Of a stretch of DNA of 58,998 nt, positions 29,670 through 39,013 are shown piece after piece; position 1 is the stretch's first letter; every line of letters starts with the position of its first letter. The stretch covers positions 1-58,998 of the forward strand of contig CAIUKV010000138.1 of NCBI GenBank assembly GCA_903899845.1. The letters run 5' to 3'. This DNA is from an uncultured Actinomycetes bacterium. GTDB lineage: Bacteria; Actinomycetota; Acidimicrobiia; IMCC26256; PALSA-555. Made by a program: the position numbers and the translations under genes. Under the pieces are notes generated by a model. The model was not told where the DNA came from. It did not search any database and worked only from the letters and a program-made list of their open reading frames with translations.

Positions 29670-30833
29670 ATGGACCTCTCCCTCTCCGCCGACGAGCAGG
29701 CGTTCGCCGACGAGTTCCGCAGTTGGCTCGACGCGAACCTCGACCTGCCCCCCTCGTTCGACAGCTTCGACGACGAGATCGCCTGGGGCCGCACCTGGCA
29801 GGCCAAGCTGGCCGCCGACCGTTGGGTCGGCATCCACTGGCCGTCGGAGTACGGGGGGCGCAGCGCCTCCCCCGTGCAGGTGGCGATCTACAACCTGGAG
29901 TACGGCCGGTCGCGGGCCCTCCAGCTGGTCAACCGCACCGGCGTCAACCTGGCCGGGCCCACCCTGCTCGCCCACGGCACCGAGGAGCAGAAGGCCCGCT
30001 GGCTGCCGTCGATCCTCGACGCGGCCGAGATCTGGTGCCAGCTGTTCTCCGAGCCCGAGGCCGGATCCGACCTCGCCGGACTGCGCACCACCGCCACCCC
30101 GGTGGAGGGCGGCTGGGTCCTCAACGGCCAGAAGGTCTGGACCAGCTACGCGCAGTACTCGCGCTGGGGGATCTGCCTGGCCCGGACCGACACCGAGCTC
30201 CCCAAGCACAAGGGCATCTCCTACCTCGTGGTCGACATGGAGGCCGACGGGGTCGAGATCCGTCCCCTGCGCCAGATCACCGGCGATCACGAGTTCAACG
30301 AGGTGTTCTTCACCGACGCCTTCGTGCCCGAGAACCACCTGATCGGCGGGCTCAACAACGGCTGGGCCGTCGCCAACACGACCCTGGCCCACGAGCGGGG
30401 CACCACGTTCCCGTTCAAGGAGCAGGTCGTCCACGAGGTGTTCCTCGACGACCTCTACCGCCAGGCCGACGCCGCGGGCACACTCGACGACCCTGCGGTG
30501 GCCGAGGCGCTGGTCGACTCGTTCGTGGAGCTGCGGGTGCTGCGCCTCCACAACTGGCGCACGCTGTCGCGCCTGGCCAAGGGCATCGAGCCCGGGCCCG
30601 AGTCGAGCTGGATCAAGCTGGCCTGGACCGACATGACCCAGCACATGGCCACCACGGCGCTCGATCTGTGCGGGCCCGCCGCGCCGCTGTGGCGGGGAGC
30701 CGCCGACCTGCCCGGCGACGGCAAGTGGCAGCGCCAGTGGCTGTGGAGCAAGGCCGGGTCGATCGCGGGCGGCACGTCCGAGGTCCAGAAGAACATCGTC
30801 TCGGAGCGCATCCTCGGCCTGCCCCGGGGCTGA
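29670..30833 (+). CDS. Acyl-CoA dehydrogenase
   Basis: WCQLFSEPEAGSDLA, NGQKVWTS, FNEVFF, IAGGTSEVQKNIV. Confidence 0.95.
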   Translation: MDLSLSADEQAFADEFRSWLDANLDLPPSFDSFDDEIAWGRTWQAKLAADRWVGIHWPSEYGGRSASPVQVAIYNLEYGRSRALQLVNRTGVNLAGPTLLAHGTEEQKARWLPSILDAAEIWCQLFSEPEAGSDLAGLRTTATPVEGGWVLNGQKVWTSYAQYSRWGICLARTDTELPKHKGISYLVVDMEADGVEIRPLRQITGDHEFNEVFFTDAFVPENHLIGGLNNGWAVANTTLAHERGTTFPFKEQVVHEVFLDDLYRQADAAGTLDDPAVAEALVDSFVELRVLRLHNWRTLSRLAKGIEPGPESSWIKLAWTDMTQHMATTALDLCGPAAPLWRGAADLPGDGKWQRQWLWSKAGSIAGGTSEVQKNIVSERILGLPRG

Positions 30834-30849
30834 GCGGCCCGCTCCGGCC

Positions 30850-31230
30850 ATGGTGCGCGTCGTCGGGTTCGACCATCTCGTGCTGGTGGTGGCCGACGTC
30901 GAGCGGTCCCTGGCCTGGTACACGGCGCGACTCGGGTTGGCCGGCGATCGGGTGGAGGAGTGGCGGCGGGGCGAGGTCCCGTTCCCGTCGGTGCGCATCG
31001 ACGCCACCACGGTCATCGACCTGCTCGCCGGTGCGCCCACCGGGACCAACGTGGACCACCTCTGCCTCGTGGTCGCGCCCGGCACCGACCTCGACGCGCT
31101 GGTCGCGTCGGGCGACTTCGACGTGGTCTCGGCACCGGTCGACGGCCGCTACGGGGCCCAGGGCCTGGCCCGCAGCTGCTACGTGCGCGACCCCGACGGC
31201 ACCGTGGTCGAGCTGCGCACCTACGGGTGA
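30850..31230 (+). CDS. VOC/glyoxalase family protein
   Basis: DHLVLVVADVERSLAWY, DHLCL, YVRDPDGTVVELR. Confidence 0.9.
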   Translation: MVRVVGFDHLVLVVADVERSLAWYTARLGLAGDRVEEWRRGEVPFPSVRIDATTVIDLLAGAPTGTNVDHLCLVVAPGTDLDALVASGDFDVVSAPVDGRYGAQGLARSCYVRDPDGTVVELRTYG

Positions 31231-31264
31231 GCCGGCCCGCCGGCGTCGGGGGCGTCGGACCCCT

Positions 31265-31999
31265 TCAGACGAGGTCGAGCACGGCGGTGAGGTCGGTGGC
31301 GCACAGCGCGTCGGCGGTGGGATCGGCCGGCGCGGTCGGGTCGGGCCAGTGCCCGTCGCGGAGGAGGTACAGCGGCGTCATGCCCGCGGCCCGGGGCCCG
31401 ACGACGTCGGGACCCCAGGTGTCGCCCACGAACAGCGTGTGGGCCGGGTCGGCCCCGGTGGCGTACAGGGTGTGCTCGAAGATCCGGGGGTGGGGCTTGC
31501 GGGCTCCGGCCCACGCCGACGACACCTGCACGTCGGTCGCGCCGGTGAGGCCGACCTCGTCGATCGCCTCGGCGAGGTCCCAGTCCCAGTTGGAGCACAC
31601 CGCGGTCTGGATGCCGCGGGCCCGCAGCTCGGCGAGCACGGTCGCGCTCTCCGGGTAGGCCTCGAGCACGCGGCTGGCCCGACCGCTGCGCAGCGTCTCG
31701 ACGATCAGCTCGTGCTCCCCGGGGTGCACGTCGGACTCGGCCAGCATCCCGAGGAGTCGCTCGCGCTGCCAGCGCTCGTAGGCCTCGGCGTCGGCGGAGT
31801 GCTCGACGTGGACCAGCCCGTCGTGCTCGTTCTCGAACCACCAGCGCTGCCGCACCTCCTCGGGGAGCGTGTAGCCGTGCTGCGCGAGCACGGCGTCGAT
31901 CCCGAGCCAGTGGGTGGCGTGGCCGAGGGTGCCGTAGAAGTCGAACACCACGGTCCGGATCGACCGGTCGAGGGCGAAGGCGGGGGTGAGTGCGGTCAC
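31265..31999 (-). CDS. HAD-superfamily hydrolase
   Basis: FDFYGTL, SNWD, KPHPRIF, VGDTWGPD. Confidence 0.9.
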   Translation of the reverse strand: MTALTPAFALDRSIRTVVFDFYGTLGHATHWLGIDAVLAQHGYTLPEEVRQRWWFENEHDGLVHVEHSADAEAYERWQRERLLGMLAESDVHPGEHELIVETLRSGRASRVLEAYPESATVLAELRARGIQTAVCSNWDWDLAEAIDEVGLTGATDVQVSSAWAGARKPHPRIFEHTLYATGADPAHTLFVGDTWGPDVVGPRAAGMTPLYLLRDGHWPDPTAPADPTADALCATDLTAVLDLV

Positions 32000-32037
32000 C
32001 GGCCCATTGTCGCAGGCCGGGGGCCGGCGGCGGCCGG

Positions 32038-33699
32038 TCAGCCGACGACGAGACGGGCGGCGCGCAGCGCGGTGGCGACGATGGTGAGCGTCGGTCCGTA
32101 CCCCGTGGAGGTCGGGAACACCGACGAGTCGGTGACCACCACGTTCTCGACGTCCCAGCAGCGCTGGCCCGGGTCGCAGACGCTGGTCCGGGGGTCGGTC
32201 CCCATGCGGGCGGTGCCCATGATGTGGCGCGACCGGGGCGTCGGGTCGGCGCCCGGGCGGAGGTTCTCGCGCAGCGTCGGCGACGTCACCCAGAAGGTGG
32301 TGTGCGCGCCGGCCTCCCGCATCACGGCCTCGAGCCGGGGCGCCCAGTGGGTGGCGGCCACGACGTCGTGGCGGTGCGGGGTGTAGGTGACCCGCCCGGC
32401 GGGCCGCCCCCAGGCGTCGCGGACCCGCGGGTCGTCGTCGATGCGGTTGCCCGCCTGGGGGAGGTCCTCGCCCTGCATCGTGAACGCGGCCATCCGGTCG
32501 CGCATCACCGACTCGAGCATCGCGCGGCTGTGCGCCTCACCCGGAGGGAGGTGCAGCGCCTCGAGGATCGGCAGGCCCGCACCACCGTGCTCGACGATGC
32601 CGCCGCGGGCGTAGGGGAGCCCGGCCTGGTGGGCCGCGGCGAGGGCCGCGGCGTCGGGCACGATCGGGTCGTCCATCAGGTGGGTCACCGAGCGACCCTT
32701 GTACGCGTGCAGGCGGAACGGGAACAGGCCGAGCACGAGGGTCTGGAGGTGGTACATGAGGTAGCGCCCGACCACGTCGGGATTGCCGACGCCCGACCGG
32801 GCGAGCAGGCGGGGGGTCTCGAACGCCCCGGCCGCCACGACCACCGTCTCGGCGTGGACCTCGCCCGGTTCACCGGCGGCGTCGACGTACCGCACGCCCC
32901 GGGCCCGACGGCCGGTGGCGTCGAGCACGATCTCGGTGACCCGGACCCCGGGGCGGATCTCGGTGCGGCCGGTGCGCAGCGCGGCCCGCAGCATCCCCAC
33001 CGGGTCGCCCTTGGCCTCGATCGGGCAGCCGAAGTCGGCGCAGAACCCGCAGTTGTTGCACGCGGGCCGCCCGTCGTACTCGACGCTGTTGACGCCGGTG
33101 GGCGCCCGGTAGGGGTGGTACCCGAGCCGCTCGGCCGCGGCCGTGGTCAGGGTGGCGCAGAACATGTCGGGGCCGGGCGGCATCGGGTACGGCCCCGAGC
33201 GCCACGCTGCGAACGGGTTGGCGGTGTGGTCGCCGGCCACCCCCACGAGCCGCTCCGCCTCGGTGTAGAACGGCTCGAGCTCGGCGTAGCCGAACGGCCA
33301 GTCCACGACGTCGGCGCCGTCCACCGGCCCGAGGGTCGAGCGGGCGCAGAAGTCCTCCTCGCGGAAGCGGGGGAGCTTGCCGTCGGCGTGGAAGCCGCCG
33401 CCGCCCACGGTGGACGGCAGGTTGTTGACGTCGCCCACGAACTCGTGGTCGCCCCCGGACTCGTCGCCCCGGAACGTGCGGGGCTCGAGCAGCGGGTCGG
33501 GGCCGAGGAAGTGCCGACGGGTGAACTTGAGCTCGTCGTTGCTCACGTGGCCGAGTGGGCCGTAGGGGGCGTCGAGGGCGAGGAGGTGGTTGGCGCCCTT
33601 CTCGAGCATGCACACCGAGCGGCCCGCCTCGGCGAGCACCTGGGCGGCGGTGGCGCCGCCCGGTCCCGTGCCGACCACGATCGCGTCGAAGTCACGCAC
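32038..33699 (-). CDS. GMC oxidoreductase, gluconate 2-dehydrogenase flavoprotein-like
   Basis: GTGPGG FAD motif, Cys cluster CNNCGFCADFGC, HIMGTARMG, PTLT. Confidence 0.92.
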   Translation of the reverse strand: MRDFDAIVVGTGPGGATAAQVLAEAGRSVCMLEKGANHLLALDAPYGPLGHVSNDELKFTRRHFLGPDPLLEPRTFRGDESGGDHEFVGDVNNLPSTVGGGGFHADGKLPRFREEDFCARSTLGPVDGADVVDWPFGYAELEPFYTEAERLVGVAGDHTANPFAAWRSGPYPMPPGPDMFCATLTTAAAERLGYHPYRAPTGVNSVEYDGRPACNNCGFCADFGCPIEAKGDPVGMLRAALRTGRTEIRPGVRVTEIVLDATGRRARGVRYVDAAGEPGEVHAETVVVAAGAFETPRLLARSGVGNPDVVGRYLMYHLQTLVLGLFPFRLHAYKGRSVTHLMDDPIVPDAAALAAAHQAGLPYARGGIVEHGGAGLPILEALHLPPGEAHSRAMLESVMRDRMAAFTMQGEDLPQAGNRIDDDPRVRDAWGRPAGRVTYTPHRHDVVAATHWAPRLEAVMREAGAHTTFWVTSPTLRENLRPGADPTPRSRHIMGTARMGTDPRTSVCDPGQRCWDVENVVVTDSSVFPTSTGYGPTLTIVATALRAARLVVG

Positions 33700-34258
33700 G
33701 ACCGCTCACCTCGGCCTCGGTGTACCCGCGGGGCTGGGAGTCGCCGGGGAAGCCGATCGCCCGCCAGCCCCCGCCGGCGCGGTTGCCCCCGTACTCGGGC
33801 GCGGCGTAGGCGCCTTCGCAGGCGTGCTCGTAGCACAGGGACCGGAACTCGGGGTCGGCGGCGAGGCGGCGGTCCTGCTCGTCGGGGTCCTGCTCGGCGA
33901 AGTCGGCGCCCAGGGCGGCGAGCCCGGCCCGGTAGCGCGCCTGCCAGCCGACGACCGGCCCGTTGAACTCGCGGGCGGGATCCCCCTGCGAGCCCTCGAT
34001 GCGGGTGCGCCAGGCCAGCTCCTCCATCGGGGTGAGGGGCAGGAACCGTCGGAAGCCCGGGTCGCCGCCCGCCCGGCCCGAGAACGGCCCGCCCGCCCAG
34101 ATCCGCGGGGGATCGACGGTGAAGGCGCCGAGCAGCCCGTCGACGTAGTCGGCGACCCCGAGCGCGGCGGCGCCGGGATGCCCGTCGACCGGGGGGATCA
34201 GACGGTCGCACGCCGCGGCGAGCGTGCGGTGCTCGGCGGCGGTCAGGAACTCGGGCAC
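33692..34258 (-). CDS. Gluconate 2-dehydrogenase subunit 3 family protein
   Basis: DRLIP, PGA, EGAYAAPEYGGN..GW..IGFPG; overlaps the GMC start. Confidence 0.88.
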   Translation of the reverse strand: MPEFLTAAEHRTLAAACDRLIPPVDGHPGAAALGVADYVDGLLGAFTVDPPRIWAGGPFSGRAGGDPGFRRFLPLTPMEELAWRTRIEGSQGDPAREFNGPVVGWQARYRAGLAALGADFAEQDPDEQDRRLAADPEFRSLCYEHACEGAYAAPEYGGNRAGGGWRAIGFPGDSQPRGYTEAEVSGRA

Positions 34259-34287
34259 GGGGGGACGCTAGTGCTCCGCCCCATGAC

Positions 34288-34303
34288 CTGACACATGTGT
34301 CAG
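34288..34303. promoter_or_regulatory. Perfect 16-bp palindromic operator candidate CTGACACATGTGTCAG
   Basis: AT-richer perfect inverted repeat in the divergent GMC / CoA-ligase intergenic region. Confidence 0.65.
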
Positions 34304-34406
34304 TATTGGTCGCAGCGCACGGCGGCACGGCCACCGCTGCGCCCGGAGTCCGTCGGTGTGACCGCCGGGACGGAAGAGACCGGGACCGACGAGGAGGACG
34401 GGGCTC

Positions 34407-35915
34407 ATGACGGCCACGATCGGGATCAGCGAGCACGCCCGGCGGTCTCCCGCCAAGCCCGCGCTGATCGAGGGCGACCGGCTCGTCACCTTCGGCGAGT
34501 ACGACGCCCGCACCACCCGTCTCGCCCACGCGCTCGAGGCGCGCGGGATCGGCCCGGGCGACCGGGTCGCGATCATGCTGCCCAACTGCGTCGAGTTCCT
34601 CGAGGTCTGGGCCGCGGCGAGCAAGGTCGCCGCCCCGGTCGTGCTCGTGAACTGGCACCTCAAGCGTGACGAGCTCACGTACATCCTCGAGGACTCCGGC
34701 GCCAAGCTCCTCGTCGCCCACGCCGACCTGCTGGAGTTCGCCGAGCCCGCGGCCCGGGCGACCGGGTGCGGCCTCCTCGTCGTGGGCCGGGGCGACGCCT
34801 ACGAGGCCGCGATCGCGGGCGGGGCGGCGGAGCCGGCGCTCGAGCTCGTCGCCCTGCAGTCGCCGATCTTCTACACGTCGGGGACCACCGGCCGGCCCAA
34901 GGGCGTCGTGCACGGCCAGATCGACCCGGCCCGGGCGTCGCTCGCCACCGAGGCCCAGGTCGTGCTGTGGGGGTGGACCGCCGACGACGTCTACATCGTC
35001 ACCGGTCCCCTCTATCACGCCGGCCCCGGCGGCTGGGCCATGGCCGCGCTCGCCGTGGGCGCGACCACCGTGGTCCTCCCGGCCTTCGACGCCCGCGAGT
35101 GGTTCCGACTGGTGGCCCGGCACCGGGTCACCTGCACCTTCGCGGTGCCCGCGCACTTCATCCGCATGCTCGAGGTGCCCGAGGCCGAGCGGGCCGCCTT
35201 CGACCTGTCGTCGCTGCGCCTCGTCGTCCATGCCGGCGCGCCGTGCCCGGTGCCGGTGAAGTACCGGATCATCGAGGCGCTGGCCCCCTGCGAGATCTCC
35301 GAGCTCTACGGCATGAGCGAGGGCGGGGCGACCAAGATCACGATGGCCGAGTGGCTGGCCCGGCCCGGCAGCGTGGGCACGCCCTGGCCGGGAACCGAGG
35401 TGCGCATCCTCGACGAGTTCGGCGACGAGGTCCCCACCGGCACGCCCGGGCTGATCTACGTGCGCCCGGCCGGGGGCATGCGCTTCCACTACCACGACGA
35501 CGACGACAAGACCTCGGGCGCCTGGCGCGACGACGCGTTCACGGTCGGCGACGTCGGCTACGTCGACGCCGACGGCTACCTGTTCCTCACCGACCGGGCC
35601 GCCGACATGGTCATCCGGGGCGGCGTCAACGTCTACCCGCGTGAGATCGAGGACGTGCTCTACACCCACCCGGCGGTGGTCGACTGCGCCGTGTTCGGCG
35701 TCCCCGACGAGCGGCTCGGGGAGCAGCTCATGGCCGTGGTCGAGGCCCGCAGCGCGGTGACCGCCGACGAGCTCACCGCGTTCCTGCGCGAGCGCCTCGC
35801 CGACTTCAAGGTGCCGGCCCGGGTGGAGCTCGTCGCCGAGCTGCCCCGCCAGCCCAACGGCAAGGTCCTCAAGCGCGTGCTGCGTGAGCAGCACTGGGAC
35901 ACCGGCACGATCTGA
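34407..35915 (+). CDS. AMP-binding acyl-CoA synthetase
   Basis: YTSGTTGRPKG, PLYH, YGMSEG, GDVGY, GKVLK; GAGGAGG SD. Confidence 0.94.
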   Translation: MTATIGISEHARRSPAKPALIEGDRLVTFGEYDARTTRLAHALEARGIGPGDRVAIMLPNCVEFLEVWAAASKVAAPVVLVNWHLKRDELTYILEDSGAKLLVAHADLLEFAEPAARATGCGLLVVGRGDAYEAAIAGGAAEPALELVALQSPIFYTSGTTGRPKGVVHGQIDPARASLATEAQVVLWGWTADDVYIVTGPLYHAGPGGWAMAALAVGATTVVLPAFDAREWFRLVARHRVTCTFAVPAHFIRMLEVPEAERAAFDLSSLRLVVHAGAPCPVPVKYRIIEALAPCEISELYGMSEGGATKITMAEWLARPGSVGTPWPGTEVRILDEFGDEVPTGTPGLIYVRPAGGMRFHYHDDDDKTSGAWRDDAFTVGDVGYVDADGYLFLTDRAADMVIRGGVNVYPREIEDVLYTHPAVVDCAVFGVPDERLGEQLMAVVEARSAVTADELTAFLRERLADFKVPARVELVAELPRQPNGKVLKRVLREQHWDTGTI

Positions 35916-35992
35916 CCCGCCGACCCGACCCGGCGGCCCGACCCGCCGGCCCGCCCGGGGATCCCGGACGGACCGGCGGAGCCGGAAGTGCC

Positions 35993-36907
35993 TCAGGCGG
36001 TCGGGTCGCTGATGTTCAGCAGGAACGGCGGGACGCCGGGGTCCGACTTCGAGAACAGCGTGGCGCGCTGGGCGGCGATGGCCTCGATCGTCCAGGCCGA
36101 GTCCGAGGTGATCTCGGTGATCGGACGCCAGCCCTGCACGATCTGCGCGACGCCCCCCTGGATCTTGAGCACCTGGCCGGTGACGCCCTCGCTGAGGTCG
36201 GAGGCGAGCCAGCACACGCCGGCGGCGATGTTGGCCGGGTCGAGCTTGGCCGCCAGGTCGTCGTTCGGCGCCATCAGGTCCTCGGTGAGCCGGGTCAGCG
36301 CCACCGGGGCGATGCAGTTCACCCGCACGCCGAAGCGCTCGAGCTCCCGGGCCAGCACGATCGTCATCGACGCGATGCCGGCCTTGGCCGCCGCGTAGTT
36401 GGCCTGCCCGGCGTTGCCGTAGAGACCCGACTCGGACGCGGTGTTCACGACCTTCGCGTTCACCTTCTCGCCGGTGTCCTTGCTCTTCTGGCGCCAGTAG
36501 GCGGCGGCGAAGCGGGTGGGGGCGAAGTGGCCCTTCAGGTGGACCTTGACGACCGCGTCCCACTCCTCCTCGGTCATGTTGAAGCTCATCTTGTCGCGCA
36601 GGATCCCGGCGTTGTTGACCAGGATGTCGAGCGAGCCGAACGTCTCGATCGCCTGGTTGACCATCGCCTCGGCGCCGGTCCAGCTCGAGCAGTCGTCGGT
36701 GTTCGCAGCGGCGCGCCCGCCGGCGGCGACGATCTCGTCGACCACCTGCTGGGCGGGGCCGACGTCGGACCCCTCACCGGTGCGGGCACCACCGAGGTCG
36801 TTGACCACGACCGCGGCGCCCTCCTTGGCCAGCAGCAGCGCCTCCTCGCGGCCGATGCCGCGGCCGGCCCCGGTGACGATGGCGACCTTGCCGTCGAACA
36901 GACCCAT
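35993..36907 (-). CDS. SDR oxidoreductase (MFE-2-like, paralog of 19333-20232)
   Basis: TGAGRGIG, VVVNDLG, NNAGILRD, GQANYAAAK. Confidence 0.92.
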   Translation of the reverse strand: MGLFDGKVAIVTGAGRGIGREEALLLAKEGAAVVVNDLGGARTGEGSDVGPAQQVVDEIVAAGGRAAANTDDCSSWTGAEAMVNQAIETFGSLDILVNNAGILRDKMSFNMTEEEWDAVVKVHLKGHFAPTRFAAAYWRQKSKDTGEKVNAKVVNTASESGLYGNAGQANYAAAKAGIASMTIVLARELERFGVRVNCIAPVALTRLTEDLMAPNDDLAAKLDPANIAAGVCWLASDLSEGVTGQVLKIQGGVAQIVQGWRPITEITSDSAWTIEAIAAQRATLFSKSDPGVPPFLLNISDPTA

Positions 36908-37006
36908 TGCAACTCCCCTGTGTGCGACGTGAGCACCGGCCGGCGGCGCCGGGGGTGCCTGCGGCCCGCGGCTGCGGGCCGAGCGTCGGGGAGCGTACCG
37001 GGACCG

Positions 37007-37801
37007 TCAGCCGCCCGTGAAGTTCGGGTCCCGCTTCTCGGTGAAGGCGGCCATGCCCTCCCGCAGGTCCTCGGAGGTGGCGGCCAGCGACTGGTAGGCC
37101 CCCTCGAGGTCGAGCGACCGGGTCAGATCGGTCTCGAACGAGTCGTTGAGGAGGCGCTTCGACAGCCCGAGCGACCGGGTCGGCCCGGCGGCCAGGCGCT
37201 GGGCCAGGGCCTCGGCGGTGGCGGCGAGCTCCCCGGCCTCCACGCAGCGGTAGGCCAGCCCGAGGTCCACGGCCTCCTGGCCCTTGGCCCCCTCGCCCAG
37301 CATGACCATGGCCTTGGCCCGGGGCAGGCCGACGAGGCGGGGGAGGAGGTACGCGCCCCCGGCGTCGACCACGAGGCCCCAGCGGGCGAAGGTCCACAGG
37401 AACCGGGTGTGGGGCGCCACGAGCACGAAGTCGCAGGCCAGGGCCAGGTGGGCGCCGGGGCCGACCGCAGCCCCGTTCACGCAGGCCACCGTGGGCTTGT
37501 CGAGCTCCCACAGCTCGCGGATGTAGGACTGCACGCCGACGCGCAGGGCCTCGGCGGTGCTGCGGGTCCGGTAGCCCGGCTCGGCCGCCTTGACGACGGT
37601 GGAGGCCGACAGGTCCATGCCCGAGCAGAACGCGTCACCGGCGCCGGTGATCAGCAGGGCCCGCACGGCGTCGTTCTGGCGGGCGTCGCGCACGGCGTCG
37701 ACGATGGCGTCGCGCATCTCGACGGTGAGCGCGTTCTTGGCCTCGGGGCGGTCGAGGGTGATGCGCCCGACGTGGTCGGCGCCGATCTCGTAGCGGATCA
37801 C
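37007..37801 (-). CDS. Enoyl-CoA hydratase/isomerase (crotonase) family protein
   Basis: ITLDRPEAKNAL, AFCSGMDL, KPTVACVNGAAVG, AFTEKRDPNF; GAGGAG SD before GTG. Confidence 0.92.
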   Translation of the reverse strand: MIRYEIGADHVGRITLDRPEAKNALTVEMRDAIVDAVRDARQNDAVRALLITGAGDAFCSGMDLSASTVVKAAEPGYRTRSTAEALRVGVQSYIRELWELDKPTVACVNGAAVGPGAHLALACDFVLVAPHTRFLWTFARWGLVVDAGGAYLLPRLVGLPRAKAMVMLGEGAKGQEAVDLGLAYRCVEAGELAATAEALAQRLAAGPTRSLGLSKRLLNDSFETDLTRSLDLEGAYQSLAATSEDLREGMAAFTEKRDPNFTGG

Positions 37802-37835
37802 GTCGCTCCTCGCGTGTCGTGGGATCAGGTTCGGG

Positions 37836-39011
37836 TCAGCGGTTGGTGGTGAGGATGTTGATGACCGAGACGCCCGAGCCTCGGCCCCCGACGTTGTGCT
37901 GGAGCGCGAAGCCGTTGCGGATCTCCGCCTGACGCTCGTCGGCCTGGCCCCGCAGCTGCAGCCAGCACTCGACGATCTGGGCCACTCCGGTCGCGCCGAT
38001 CGGGTGCCCCTTGGCCAGCAGGCCGCCGGAGGTGTTGACCGGGATGCGCCCGGTGATCGCGGTCTCGCCCTCGAGCGACGCGACCCCACCCTTGCCCTTC
38101 TCGACGAAGCCGAGGTCCTCGATGTCGAGGATCTCGGTGATGGTGAAGCAGTCGTGCACCTCGGCGCAGTCGATCTGGCCCGGCTCGACCCCGGCCATCT
38201 TGTAGGCGCGCTCCGCGGCCATGGTGGTGGCCCGCAGCCCGGTGAACGTGCTCTTCTCGTGCAGGTAGGGGTGGTCGGTGGCCACGCCGAAGCCGGCCAC
38301 GAACACGGGGTCGTCGGTGAACTCGGCGGCGCGGTCGGGGTTCACGAGGAGCACCGCGGCGGCGCCGTCGGTCTGCGGGCAGCAGTCGAGCAGGTGCAGC
38401 GGGTGGCACACCGGCGCCGACTTGAGCGCGTCCTCGATGGTGATCTCGTTCTTGAAGTGCGCGTTCGGGTTGCGCGCGCCGTTGAAGTGGTTCTTCACCG
38501 CCACCGAGGCGAGCATCTCGCGCGTGGTGCCGAACTCGTGCATGTGGCGGGTGGCGAAGGGGGCGAACAGCACCGGGGCGGTCTCGCCCCGCGTGTACAC
38601 CGGGTGCCCGGCCGCGGCGCGGGCGAGCAGGCCCTCGTCGCCGGACTTGTCGCGCATCTTCTCGACCCCGATGACCAGCACGACGTCGTGGACGCCGCTG
38701 GCCACCGCCATCGCGCCGACGCGGAAGGCGTCGCTGCCCGACGGGCAGGCGTTCTCCACCCGGGTGCACGGGATGCCGGCCAGCCCGATCGCGGTGGGGA
38801 CGGTGTTGCCCCCGATGCCCTCCTGGCCCCACAGCGTGCCCCGCTGGGTGGCCACGAACGCGGCCTCCACCAGCTGGGGGTCGAAGCCCTTGTCCACCGA
38901 CGCGACCGCGGCGTCGAACGCGCCCGACGCCATCTGCTCGTAGCTCTGCTCGAACAGCTCACCGAACTTGATCAGCCCGCCGCCGACGACGGCCACCTTG
39001 TTCCACGCCAT
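37836..39011 (-). CDS. Thiolase (archaeal/SCP2/PhlC-type acetyl-CoA acyltransferase)
   Basis: ENACPSG nucleophile Cys, GVEKM, HDCF, GHPIGATG, HNVGG. Confidence 0.92.
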   Translation of the reverse strand: MAWNKVAVVGGGLIKFGELFEQSYEQMASGAFDAAVASVDKGFDPQLVEAAFVATQRGTLWGQEGIGGNTVPTAIGLAGIPCTRVENACPSGSDAFRVGAMAVASGVHDVVLVIGVEKMRDKSGDEGLLARAAAGHPVYTRGETAPVLFAPFATRHMHEFGTTREMLASVAVKNHFNGARNPNAHFKNEITIEDALKSAPVCHPLHLLDCCPQTDGAAAVLLVNPDRAAEFTDDPVFVAGFGVATDHPYLHEKSTFTGLRATTMAAERAYKMAGVEPGQIDCAEVHDCFTITEILDIEDLGFVEKGKGGVASLEGETAITGRIPVNTSGGLLAKGHPIGATGVAQIVECWLQLRGQADERQAEIRNGFALQHNVGGRGSGVSVINILTTNR

Positions 39012-39013
39012 GA

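Noticed and set aside
20251-34258. 3-keto-glycoside/C-glycoside cleavage pathway (TIM barrel + Gfo/Idh/MocA + GMC pair)
   Set aside because: Genes are scattered in separate transcription units among acyl-CoA enzymes, with no sugar transporter or lyase partner adjacent
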